This document shows positions 11,451 through 22,897 of a stretch of 64,000 bases of DNA, piece by piece; within the stretch, counting starts at the first letter, position 1, and every line of letters starts with the position of its first letter. Made by a program: the position numbers and the translations under genes. Below the pieces are notes generated by a model that saw only the letters and a list, made by a program, of their open reading frames with translations, had not been told where the DNA came from and did no database searches. Origin of the DNA: Eledone cirrhosa (lineage: Eukaryota); contig OZ024741.1 in NCBI GenBank assembly GCA_964016885.1, positions 111,166,001-111,230,000 on the forward strand, read 5' to 3'.

Positions 11451-14011
11451 AATATTTTATGAAGTTGTAACAAAGTTATATTCCAGAAAACAGTCTATTT
11501 AAACCATTTGAAATTTTAAAAGATTATTCTTAATGGTTCCAGCAATAATTTGTCAGCCTGTATCATGTTATTATAAATATTGTGGAATTATATATGATGA
11601 TGATATTGTGGAATTATATATGATGTGGGTTTTAGACACATAAAATATAAGGTATGAGGAATAAAGGTAGTAAGGAAAAAATTAAAATGTGAAAAATGAA
11701 AAGTTGGAAAGATGACAAAAATGATGAAATGGGAGAAAAGAAATTAAATTAGAAAAAGTAAAATTAAATTAAAAGAATTTTAATTTGAAATTGAAAAATA
11801 ATAATTGTTTCTAGTTTTGGCACAAGACCAGCAATTATCCCAGTGCATTACTGGTGCTTTATTTTATCGACCCCATAAGGATGAAAGGCAAAGTTAACCT
11901 TGGCAGGATTTGAATTCAGACTATAAAGGGCCGTAACTTTATACTGTAAAGCACGGGGTCGGACCCTCTACCAATACTGCCAATTCACTGATAATAATTT
12001 GATATAGAATAATATAATATGAAGTAAACTAAATTGTAAGGATTAGAAGAATGTAAGGATTGTGGAGTTCATGTAATTATAGAGTATAATGTATGGCATA
12101 TGATATATAACACATAAGAGTGGTGAAATATATGAAACATTGTTTTTTGTTGGTTTACCCAGTTATTGAGGCTTGGGGGTTGGCAGTGATTACCGACATA
12201 TAGAGTCTAGATGAGTAGGGAGTAGAGGGACTTCCGACATTTACACACTCCGAGATACATCGTTATCTGGTGGGTAATCCGTGGGGTAGTGGGTTATCCA
12301 GTGTACTGTCCAATGAGTAGATATGTTTGAAGTGACACAGACAGAACTTTTATGCAGGAGGACAGTGTTTCCTCTCGAGAGTTCATGATGTCGGTTGATG
12401 AGGCTAGGATATTTAGTTTTACAGTGATACATAAGTAGCATCTCGTGCCCAGTCCATTGCAGGCTTTTGCCTTTGCCACAATACTACATTTGATGGTAGG
12501 GTTTGTCATCCCGCTGTCTTTCAATTTCCAAATATATTTTGACAGTGATGTTGTCTGTTATTGAACGTATACAGGTGTTGAGAAAAGTGGGATTTAAAAG
12601 TATTTTTGGTCAGTCCAATGTAGATTTTCCCTTGTATATGAGCTCTCTGGACAGGCATTTATTCTTCAGTGAGCATCAGTGAGACGTGTTGTTAGTTTTT
12701 GTGGTATACTTGTTAAGGATTTGTGATCCTATATTATTGAGGCAGCAGTAGCTCACCTTAACCGTATACTTGTTGAAGATCTTATAGTAGCGGAGCGTGG
12801 TGAGAAAGAAAGTGTGTGGCTATGTTGATAGATACATTGAGACTGTAAGGATGGGGGTGGGTTATACCAGATGATCTTCCTGGCTCTGTGTGTTCTGCTG
12901 GTGCAGGTGGGCTGAATATATATTAACTTCTCATTAAAACCACTTTTTTTTAATGTGGGGTCGTATATATATATATTAAAGCTAACAGCTTTATAAAACC
13001 ATTTCAATCCTGATAATTTTCTCAAAGCCAGTGAAGCTCTGTAAGGAAATTAAAGAAATACAGTAAAGGAGGGAAAGAAAGAAGTGGAAGAAGAGAAGAA
13101 AAGGGGAAAAATGAGAGGAAGCATAGTTAACCATTTTCATATAAAATACATTGTATTTGAATTATTTATTGAAGAATTTGAAGGAATTTACTAAAATCAT
13201 TTAAAAAGTTCTTATATAGAATTATGTTGGAAGACAACAACATTAAAATGGATGGATTCCTTCCATCGAAGTAGAGGCAGTTTTGGGTGATTTGGTATCG
13301 AAAAGGTTAAAGAGAGAAGGAGAAGGAAGTAGAAAGGGTAGGGGTATGACAGCAGAAGTTGTTGGTCCAGGAAGATTTAACTTGAGAAGTGGTTTGGAAG
13401 TATTTAGCCACTTCCATTTGTATTGTCAATAAATTATGGGCCACTTTGAAGTTGAGATGGTAGTTACTCAGATATGTATTTAGCAGTAGTCTTCACTTGG
13501 TTCTTATAAGTAAACCCTTTAGGTGGTTCATAAACTAATACATTCTTGTTTTACAGTTAAAGATTGATACTCCAGCAAGTACAGCATTTTGATAGGCCCA
13601 CTCAAAGCCATGACACCTAAAGGGGTTACTTATAAGAACCAAGTTAATAGTTAGTGAAGACTACTGTTACATATCTGAGTAATTACCATCTCAAGTTAGA
13701 TCTTAACAGAACTCAGAAAGTAAAGAGCCAAAACTAATACTAAGCATTTGTCTGACACTCTAATCATTCTGCCAATCCACTGCCCTTGACCTAAACAAAA
13801 TGTGTTGGTCATAATAATTTTATTGGGGTAGGTCAAGCTTAACTGTTTGAGCCCAGCAAAATGAACAAAAAAATTTTGTTCATCCTTCTAATAACATGAT
13901 ACAGGCTAACAAATTATTGCTGGAACCATTAAGAATAATCTTTTAAAATTTCAAATGGTTTAAATACACTGCATTCTGGAATATAACTTTGTTACAACTT
14001 CATAAAATATT
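11451..14011. repeat. dispersed inverted duplication, about 123-bp arms (11451-11573 / 13889-14011)
   Basis: aatattttatgaagttgtaacaaagttatattccag...tatcatgttatta recurs as its reverse complement. Confidence 0.85.
12290..12965 (-). mobile_element. degenerate PLE fragment, C-terminal/GIY-YIG region (Hydra-like)
   Basis: Motifs RKIIWYNPP, TTSLSKYIWKL, CYLCITVKLNIL, LINRHHEL in shifting frames. Clade assignment is from recalled motifs. Confidence 0.6.
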
Positions 14012-14437
14012 GGCTTAAATAAATTTTACTGGTTATGACCAGTAAAATTTATTTAAGCATAATGTTATCTGAATAAAATTTATCAAGTAGCTAGGGCTCA
14101 AACAATTTTTCCTAAGTGCCTAGAACAGGCATAGACCTTTTTTGAGCACATGAGATATGGCCCATCATAAAGTGGACCACACTACTAAAACATTCAAGGT
14201 AATTTTTCATGGCCCATGGGCCACAGTTTGTCCATGATTGATCAATAACAGTGTATAAGGGGTCACAAAAAACAAAATCAACAACAAAAATTCAGATCAA
14301 AATACAGTTCTGAATACAGTTCAAATATATCAAACAATCTCTGTTATGTTCCACTATATATTATCTCACAACTTGACTAGGTTATATTATATACTCTGTA
14401 CAATATATATTCTTCACTTTAAAATTATCTTTTCCAG

Positions 14438-14568
14438 GCTGGTGGCTCTCAATGGCACCAGAAGATACATTCCTTAATCGACTCCGTCCTCTTGATAAAT
14501 TGCTACAATTTTTTGACAAATCAGTCAGGTTTGGAAGCTTTAATGAAAAAACTATTGGATTTCTCTTG
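14438..14568 (+). CDS. patatin-like phospholipase exon C, (G)WWLSMAPEDTFLNRLRPLDKLLQFFDKSVRFGSFNEKTIGFLL
   Basis: Acceptor tttccag, donor TTG|gtatgt; phase 1 matches the end of exon B. Confidence 0.88.
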
Positions 14569-14694
14569 GTATGTTACTATTTTTATATATATTTATTCAT
14601 TGTTTCTGAGAATGAAATACTTACTATTCTCATTCATCTATAAATGTTTTACTTTCTCTTATATATAATATGAGGAATTAATTTATAATGGACA

Positions 14695-15000
14695 CAATCT
14701 GGTCAAATGGTTAAGAGGTTCTCTTCACAAACATTAGATCCTGATTTTGATGCCATACCAAGTTTTGTGAGGGAAATTAGGTGGGTGGTATCTGTGTGGA
14801 AGTCAGTCAGATGGACGACTGTACTTATAATTCAAAGGGTCGACCTTGTCAATCACTGTGTCACTCAGTATCTCCCATAGAGTTACATTAAGAGTACATG
14901 CCTGTTGAATGCTCAGTCACTAACACATGAATTTTATGCACAGGGTGTTCCATTGATCAAACAGCTGGAATACTCATTGTTGAAACCCATGGAGGTCTGA
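14695..15000 (+). mobile_element. degenerate SINE-like repeat, family C
   Basis: tRNA-like head, then ataattcaaaggg...gtacatgcctgttgaatgctcagtcac...tgttccattgatca. Related pieces at 18320-18445(+), 27922-28042(-) and 31770-31925(+). Confidence 0.55.
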
Positions 15001-16453
15001 CAAGTGATCAATTTAATTTATAACTAACAACTCAATTAAAAAAATTATCTGAATGAATAGGGATTATTCAAATCCCACCCTCACCATGGTAACTTCCACA
15101 TCTTTCATTTTCTCAATAATCTTTTCTATTGCTCATCAATACTTGTCTTTCTCGTCAACACTCTGGCCTACCCGTGTGACATATCCAGAGATAATGTCCA
15201 CCAAGAAGTTTCCAATCACCAGATTCACCATCATCAACATTCACTCACTCTGGTCACACTCACCTCATGGTCTACAAACTCTACAGAAATCAAGACACTA
15301 ACACCATGTACACCTTCCAGATTCCTTTGCCACACAAACTTTCTGTTCTTGTCTTCCTGTCTGCATTCTTTCATCACTTCATTCAATCTTGTCACCTGCT
15401 CACATCATATGTCCACTTTTCTCTTGATCATCCTGTCATCATCCCTATATTCAATGCCCCAAACCTCATATACCAATCTTCACAAAGGACATCAGACACT
15501 TGGCCATCATAAATGAACTGACCTCCTTCCTTGTTTTGACTGGGTTCCTCACCTTGAGTTTTGACATGAAAGATTGCCCTCCCCCCAACAGGATACTTCA
15601 GGCTGTAATCTGCTCATATTTATAATCATATGAGGTCCTTTCTTAAGAAAGCAATAATGATAATAATTGTGCATGTACATCTACGACAGAGAAAGCAAGT
15701 ACAAATTCATATGAATTTGTAGAATGGACTTAACTTTTCTTAGAATGCTCTAAGGAATTGGAATTGTCCCATCCATCAATATATTCTCTCTTGACTATAT
15801 GTATAGTTCAGAGTTTATACCTTCTCGTTGGATACATTTTAATCTGTGACTTGACACATGAAAAATTAATGCACATTTTTTGTATATTCCAGAAGATTTT
15901 AGTCAAATGACAGCGGGTTATAAAAACAAACAAAAGTCTTAAGTTAATCAAAAGGATAAAAAAAATCCTTTTGGATTCCTTGTCAGATGGAATCATATCT
16001 TTGCAAGCCTTTCCTCCAATAATAATTCTTGTATAATGGATTCTTTTAATATACTTATATTGTGTGTCATTTGCTACAAAAGAATCATGCTTCCTCAAAA
16101 GTGGTTATCTGTCCATTAAAACAATGCACACACCACACCTCACCGCATTATGGAATTAAAGTTAGATTATTTGTGTATGTTAATGCTTCTGTACAGTAAT
16201 GTTAATTTAATCTTATGCAAAGTAAATAAAAAGAGATTCTCAACTGTAAACAGTTTTCCTTGTTTGTTATTTACTAGAATGTGTTTTTGAGCCTTCTGAT
16301 ATAGCCATTCTGATTTTATTCTCGCACACATTTACCTGATACAAATTGATTTAATCTGGCTTGAACTTCTTACTATGAATTGGTAATTAGCACATATATT
16401 ACTGCTACAAATTATTTAGTTCTATTAACTAATCAATGTTTTAATATAATCAG

Positions 16454-16557
16454 TTTTCAGATGATGAACCAGAGATTATGCGGACGCAGTTGGAAGGCAG
16501 ACTTATAGAGACTGGCTGTGGCACACTACCTGAATACCCAGATACCAAACTATCCAA
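16454..16557 (+). CDS. patatin-like phospholipase exon D, FSDDEPEIMRTQLEGRLIETGCGTLPEYPDTKLS(K)
   Basis: Acceptor aatcag at 16448-16453, donor AA|gtaagg; starts phase 0, ends phase 2. Confidence 0.8.
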
Positions 16558-16827
16558 GTAAGGTGTTATTTATACATAGATATTGCAACAGCATCTGATT
16601 CTAATGAGTAAATCAACACCATGATGATGTGGAATAACATTGGCTTCTGAGCATGAAACAGGTTGTCTAACTCAAGTTCTCCCTCTATGACATGAATGTA
16701 GCTACCATTGAGGATCATTCTTAAGAAGTCTTCATACTTGAGAGAGAGCTGATGCTTTCTGAGTGATGTTAAACCCCCAATTAATCTATTCAAGCATAGA
16801 AAATAGACATTAAGCAATGATGATAAT

Positions 16828-17182
16828 GTTGTTATAACTTGGGAGGGTCATGCTGCCAATAAAAACACACCCAATTAGTTGGTTTAATAACTGGTTAGTT
16901 GTTTATTTGTTGTCAAAGCTCTTTCATCTCACATTCTGTGACCTCCTCAGTGACTAATTTGTTATTTTGTGTCTCTCCTTTGTTCTGTCCTACACCATCT
17001 TATTAACAAATTAGAGACTGAGGAGATCACAGAATGTGTGACAAAAGAGCTTTGACAACAAATAAATAACCATACGGTTATTAAACCAACCAACTGGAAA
17101 TTTGCAATAAATTGAAGTGAAAACCAACAGGTACGTGTCATTTTATTGACAACATGACCCTCCTCCCCCAAACTATAACAAT
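16828..17182. repeat. imperfect fold-back / MITE-like element in intron D-E
   Basis: 16876-16964 pairs with 17005-17095; outer arms gttataacttgggagggtcatg / catgaccctcc..aactataac. Confidence 0.7.
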
Positions 17183-17415
17183 ATCTGTTTCAACACACAT
17201 TTTAGATAAGAAATCTTGCAAAAGAAATGATGATGATGATACCTACATTCCATTTTCTAAACAGAATGTAGATATATAAGTGTATATAGTAATAACCATT
17301 TAAACAAAGTCCTAGTTAAGTTTTATTTGTCAAGCCCTGTATTTAACATTCTATCTGAATTATTCTTAATCCACTTGATTGAATACAATTTAAGAAATGA
17401 CTATTTTTTTTACAG

Positions 17416-17500
17416 GAAAAGAAAAGAAAACACAAACAAAAAATTTCAAGAATGCGCAAAACATGAAGAGATTTGTAATGCCTTTGATAAACTGGTGAAG
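17416..17500 (+). CDS. patatin-like phospholipase exon E, KRKENTNKKFQECAKHEEICNAFDKLVK
   Basis: Acceptor ttttttttacag, donor AAG|gtttgt; phase 2 start matches exon D. Confidence 0.82.
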
Positions 17501-18509
17501 GTTTGTATTTTTAAGTATGTGTAAGAAGTGTTGTAAAGGGAGGGGAGTGTAGCTCACCTACCTCATGGGACATCTCCCTTGTTGATCTTGTCCAGATGGT
17601 GTATATCCCTGAGTGACCTACTTGCCTAATATCTGGCCAGAATCTATAAACCTCTATCCTGAGCTCACATGGCAAAAACACGTCCTCTGTGCATGACTGT
17701 CCAAAAGCAAGAGGCCGACCCTGGGTCCCACTTCTGCTTACATGATGTCACTCTCCCTTCTGCTTCTGGCAAGGCCACCCAGCCCCTTGACACCACTGAC
17801 CCTTATACTTCTTGCAAAGCCTCCAGCCCCATAAGAAATATGTAAGTTTTAAACTTGGGCATTTTTGTATTACTGTAGAATCATCATCCTCATTCTCATC
17901 ACCATTTATTGTCCATTTTTCCATGCTAGCATGGGTTAGACAAGTTGTCCCATTGTGAGACAAGTCAAATCAGATGATCATGTCTTGCTCATACAGAATT
18001 GTTTCTGGCTTGGTTTCTATGGCATTTGCTCTTCGTAACACCAACCACATTTAGAGTGTGGACTGGTTGCTTTTTATTGTGGAACCAAATGACCAACTGA
18101 CAGGTTAGACTGGGTACATTTTCATTGTATCACCAACACAACCATTTTACAGGGTGGACTGGGCACTTTTTGTCATGTCACCAACACGACCACTTTACAG
18201 TGTGGACTGGCCACTTTTTGTCATGACACATGACTACCTTATTTTGTGGACTGGGCACTTTTTGTTGTGTCACCAACTCAACCAGCTTACACTGTCATGG
18301 TGCCAAATCAAATTAATTTTGTGAGTGAAATTGGGTAAATGGAAAATGTGCAGAAAAAATTATCTGTAATTCAAAGGGCCAGCTTTGTTACACTATGTCA
18401 TACTAATGTTGTCTTTAGAGTAGGTTAAGGGTGCAAGTGTCTGGAAATTTTTTAAAATGAATTAGTGAAAGTTTGTATTTTCAAACATGTGTAAGAAGTA
18501 TGAAAGTTC

Positions 18510-20270
18510 TAGAATATAATATAATGAATATAATGAAATTATTGCGTACAGTGCTCAGGTGCACTACAACACATCAAAGGTGCATGTATAGTACATAGAA
18601 TAATATACAAATATCAAGGAAGTGAATAGTGTATGAGTCATGATATACACGTGTGCAAGTGTATGGAGGGGGAATATTAGGTGTAGTGTTGGCGAATCTC
18701 AGGAAACACGGAGGTTTTAATGGATGCAGTGTCTCGGCAGCTAACAACTGATGCAGGTAGTTTGTTCCATGCTTCAGCAACTCAGAACGTGAAAAAATGT
18801 TTCCAAAAGTCATGGGAGCTGTGCTGTTTTCCGACTTTGTTGGCATGCCCATGTGTGTTAGACACATGGAAGTCAAAAAGGTACTCAGGGTTGTTGTTGA
18901 CAAGATGGTTAATAATTTTGTGGGTGTTTACCAAGTCAGTTGCCAGATGTTGGAGCTTCAATGTATCCATGTCCAGGGAAGCAAGGCGTTCAAAGTATGG
19001 TAGATGCCTGATGGAGGGTATTTGCTTGGTTGCACGTCCCTGAACAGTTTCCAGACGGTCAATGTTCTGAGCAAGATAGGGGTTCCACACTGGTGATGCA
19101 AATTCTAAGTGTGGCCGCACCATAGCTATATACAGCTTTAAATAGATAGCTGGAGAGCGGCTGACAAAGGTATTGCTGAGTGATGCTAAGACACCCTCGA
19201 CCTTCTTGACAATTTTCGAGACATGCTTCGTCCAACGCAAATCTCTGCTGACCTGGGCATTGCTATGCCCAGGTCACATTCACAAGAAGATTTCTTGATA
19301 TTAGTGTTGTGAAGGAAGTATGTGGATGCTGGGTTTTTACTCCCAAAATGCATGGTGGTACACTTGTCCACAGCCAGCTTGAATTGCCAGTCCATGATCC
19401 ATTGTTGCATTGTGTCAAGGTCAGATTGCAGGCAAGTGTTCAGGATCTGTCCTTTTTATCTCAAGGTACAGCTTGATGTCATCTGCATGTTTCAGTACTG
19501 TGACATTCTTTAAGTTGGCATCTATGTCATTAATATATGCCACAAACAAAAGGGGGCCAAGAACAGATCTCTGTGGTACACCAGATGACATCAAGGCGAG
19601 GAATGCTGTCCTAGAACCGTGACTACCTCTCTTCGACTGAGAATGAAGGACTTCAACCAGTTAAAAAGATCAGCCTTCACATCCATTGCAGAGAGTTTTG
19701 CCATAAGTCTTTTGTGTGGCACAGAATTGAAAGCTTTAGCAAAGTCAAGGTAAACAACATCCACCCATGAACCGCCATCAGTGATCCGGGTGATGTCCTC
19801 AAGAAACTCGATAAGTTGATCACAGCAGCTGGAGTTAGGGATAAATCCAAATTGTGAGGGCCGGATAAGACTGTGAGAGTTCCAGAAGTTCCAAAGTGTT
19901 TCTCAGACACAGGATTCCATCAGTTTGGTAATGCAGCTAGTAAGACTGACTGGACGATAGTTCACAGGTGATGTGCGGTCACCCTTTTTGAACAGAGGAA
20001 TGACACTGGCAGTTTTCCACTGTTCTGGAGTAACACCGGTGTTCAGACAGAATTGGAAGAAGCGTGATAGCTGGTGCAGAAAGAAGTACCCACCACGTTT
20101 GAGAAGCAGGTACGTAACACCATCAAGACCAGGAGAGGCATGGTTGCGTTTATTTTTAAGGTGACGTCGCAGCATTGCAGGTGTAAATTCCTTAGTTGTA
20201 ATAGAATCCAATGTCAGAGGTGGTAGAGATGGTACACTCTGGTCTTCAACAGTGAAAATGACATAGAATA
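18510..20270 (-). mobile_element. CR1/L2-type LINE, degenerate RT region
   Basis: SPGLDG, PLFKKGD..NYRPVSLTS, YLDFAKAF, RPHLEFASPVWNPY; multiple frameshifts. Confidence 0.9.
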
Positions 20271-21130
20271 TAGTATATAAAGGGACGATGGAGTTATAGG
20301 GGCGCAGTAATGATACATGGTGTGGTGTAGGTATTTTAAAACCTGGTGGAGCCCATCTCTCCAGGTTTGAACATAGCTGATTTATACCAGAGAGAGAGGG
20401 AAAAAAACTGAGAAAGAGAGAAAGAGAAAGAGAGAGATGGAGTATTTGAGTAAACCCCTTGTACTCTATCTCTTAACATCCTGTAATGACTTGACAGAAA
20501 ATATCTAAAATCAGGTATTTTTTTTTTTAATGTTTGTAGTATCATTACTACTGGACAGTGATTGTTGTGAAGATATACAGTAAACTAAAGTAAAAACTTT
20601 AATTCTTAATGTGGTACAATTATAATACTGTTTTGTACTTTTCAAGAATGTCTTACTAAAGTGGTTTCATGTAGTTACAAGATGTTAAGAGTTAAATTAA
20701 ATTAATGTAAAATCTTTATTAAAATAAATGCAATTACATCATCTTATTCTTTCAGTCCAGAGTTAACATAATATTTTAGTTGTAATATTCACAGTGTATC
20801 TTGGGCAAAAACAGCCCAGTGGAGCCCATTCTTCACCAGACCAATATAATATGTTTATTAAAATATATGTTATGTAGTAATAGTGAAGGCGTGTGGCTGA
20901 GTGGTTAGAGAATTTGATTCGCAATCGTAAGGTTGTGAGTTCGATTCCTGGACCAGGTGATGCGTTATGTCCTTGAGCAAGACACTTTATTTCACGTTGC
21001 TTCTTCTACCTGGAGTTGCGACCGATAGATAGTATTAGCAATTGGAAAGACCAACGGAAACATTGTTCTCTCGGTCCGATTTGACGAAAGTCGATCGTTC
21101 CTATGTAGTAATTATATTTTATTATTTCAG

Positions 21131-21199
21131 GCCATTGCAAAACACAACCCACAACACCGAAGAACCATTGATATGAAAATGTTAACTGCTGCTTTACTT
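21131..21199 (+). CDS. patatin-like phospholipase exon F, AIAKHNPQHRRTIDMKMLTAALL (possible degenerate first EF-hand)
   Basis: Acceptor attatttcag, donor CTT|gtgagt; 69 nt, phase 0/0. Confidence 0.72.
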
Positions 21200-22897
21200 G
21201 TGAGTAATACACTTAACATACACAGTATTATGAGATGATATTAATCTGAAATACATATAATGTCTTCTAATTGATTAGTATTATTTGTTTATGTAGATTT
21301 AAATAAATCAACTAGGTAGAAGCCATCTCTTTAGTTCAAACTTATTGTTACAAATTATCAACATTTTCATCAGATTTAAAATTCTGCCAAATTTTTACAG
21401 AAGTGATTTGTATTACCATCTCATACTACTTATTTAGGGCTGGCAAGTGGAACTTGAAGAAGTTGATGAGTGCTTAGGCAAAGAGGCAGGTGTCTTGTTC
21501 TAGTCCTTTCAATTTTGTACACCTTACAGTCTATTTTAGCATGTCAACTAGACTGGTAAACTGCTTGTTCTTTCCAACCAAAAGAAGGCAACAGACTGAT
21601 TCCTACAATAGATTTGGCTGGTATTTTAACACATCTCACACATTGCTACAGTAGTTTCATATAATTCCAAAAACCAGCAATGCTTATATGCTGAATAAGA
21701 ATAGAGGAGTATATGAAGGTATATATGATATTTTTATGTACAATAAGCATACATATAAGTCTTGCTATGGGAGTCTTAAGCTGAGATCCTGTCACAGCTT
21801 AAAACACCAATAGTGAAACTTATATGTTTTTATACATAAACATATCGTGGATGCCTTTATATATACCTTTACTATGAATCACTCCATGTTAATGCTACTG
21901 CTAACAGTATAAGAATGTTCAGAACAATTTTATTGCTTTGTGTGCATCATGGGTAAGCCCAGCTAATGGCAATATCATGCCAGTAGAGTTTATTCTGAAC
22001 TAACCCTTGTCTGCAATGCTACAACAGAAGTTTCTGAAAGTTGTCCATAGTCTTGAATAGGCAGCTCAGTCTATTTTTCATTTGATGCACACAGTCTCCC
22101 TAAGAATGTTACTGCTCTTGCCCACTACTTTTGATAGTATGCAAGGGTTGATGTACCACCAGCCATGTTGTTCAACTAGAAAAGAACTTAGATCAACTGA
22201 TAACATTTCAGCTGCCAGGCACGCACCCTTCTCTTTGTTTGATTGCAGCTTCATCAAGATGATCTACAGAAATATATACCTCACAAATGACAACCACATA
22301 GTACCATTCAGAAATCACTATTATGCTATACTATGCCTCACAATGCATAGTATACCAAGCCTGTTAACAATGACTGTTAACAGAAAATAGACTTTCTGAC
22401 TAGTGGAATGTATCCCTTCCACAGGAAACAAAAGAGCAGATGCTCTTGATTGCTCGAATAAAAAAAACTGTGACAAAACACAGCAACCTGCCAGTAATAA
22501 ATAAAGGAAACAATGTGTGCATTTATGCAGTTTCATATTAACCCATGGCTTGAATCCTAGCCATTCAGATATTTCAGACCTACCCTTGCAATTCAACCTT
22601 TCACACTACTACAGAGAAAAAAACAAACATATTTGGCCCCTAGTCCTTGCAGGATCACTAACTAGACTTTAACATAGTCAGATTTAAGAATAATATGGAC
22701 CTACATTTACCACCTCTGCTTAACCGATGGTGCAAAGTAAATAAGACACCATTGTTGCACTCAGTGCTGGACTTACCTATAAACTAAACAAACTATAGCT
22801 TAAGGCCACATTTTTTAAAACACATTTTTATTTTATTATTAATGTTTATTCTTTAACACTAAATCATCAAAAAATATATATATATATATATATATAT

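Noticed and set aside
16454-16460. Alternative acceptor ttttcag at 16460 for exon D
   Set aside because: It would shift the frame relative to the phase-0 end of exon C; the AG at 16452-16453 keeps the frame.
21360-22810. Possible decayed DNA transposon with a hAT-like end near 22762
   Set aside because: No convincing transposase motif or second terminus could be read.
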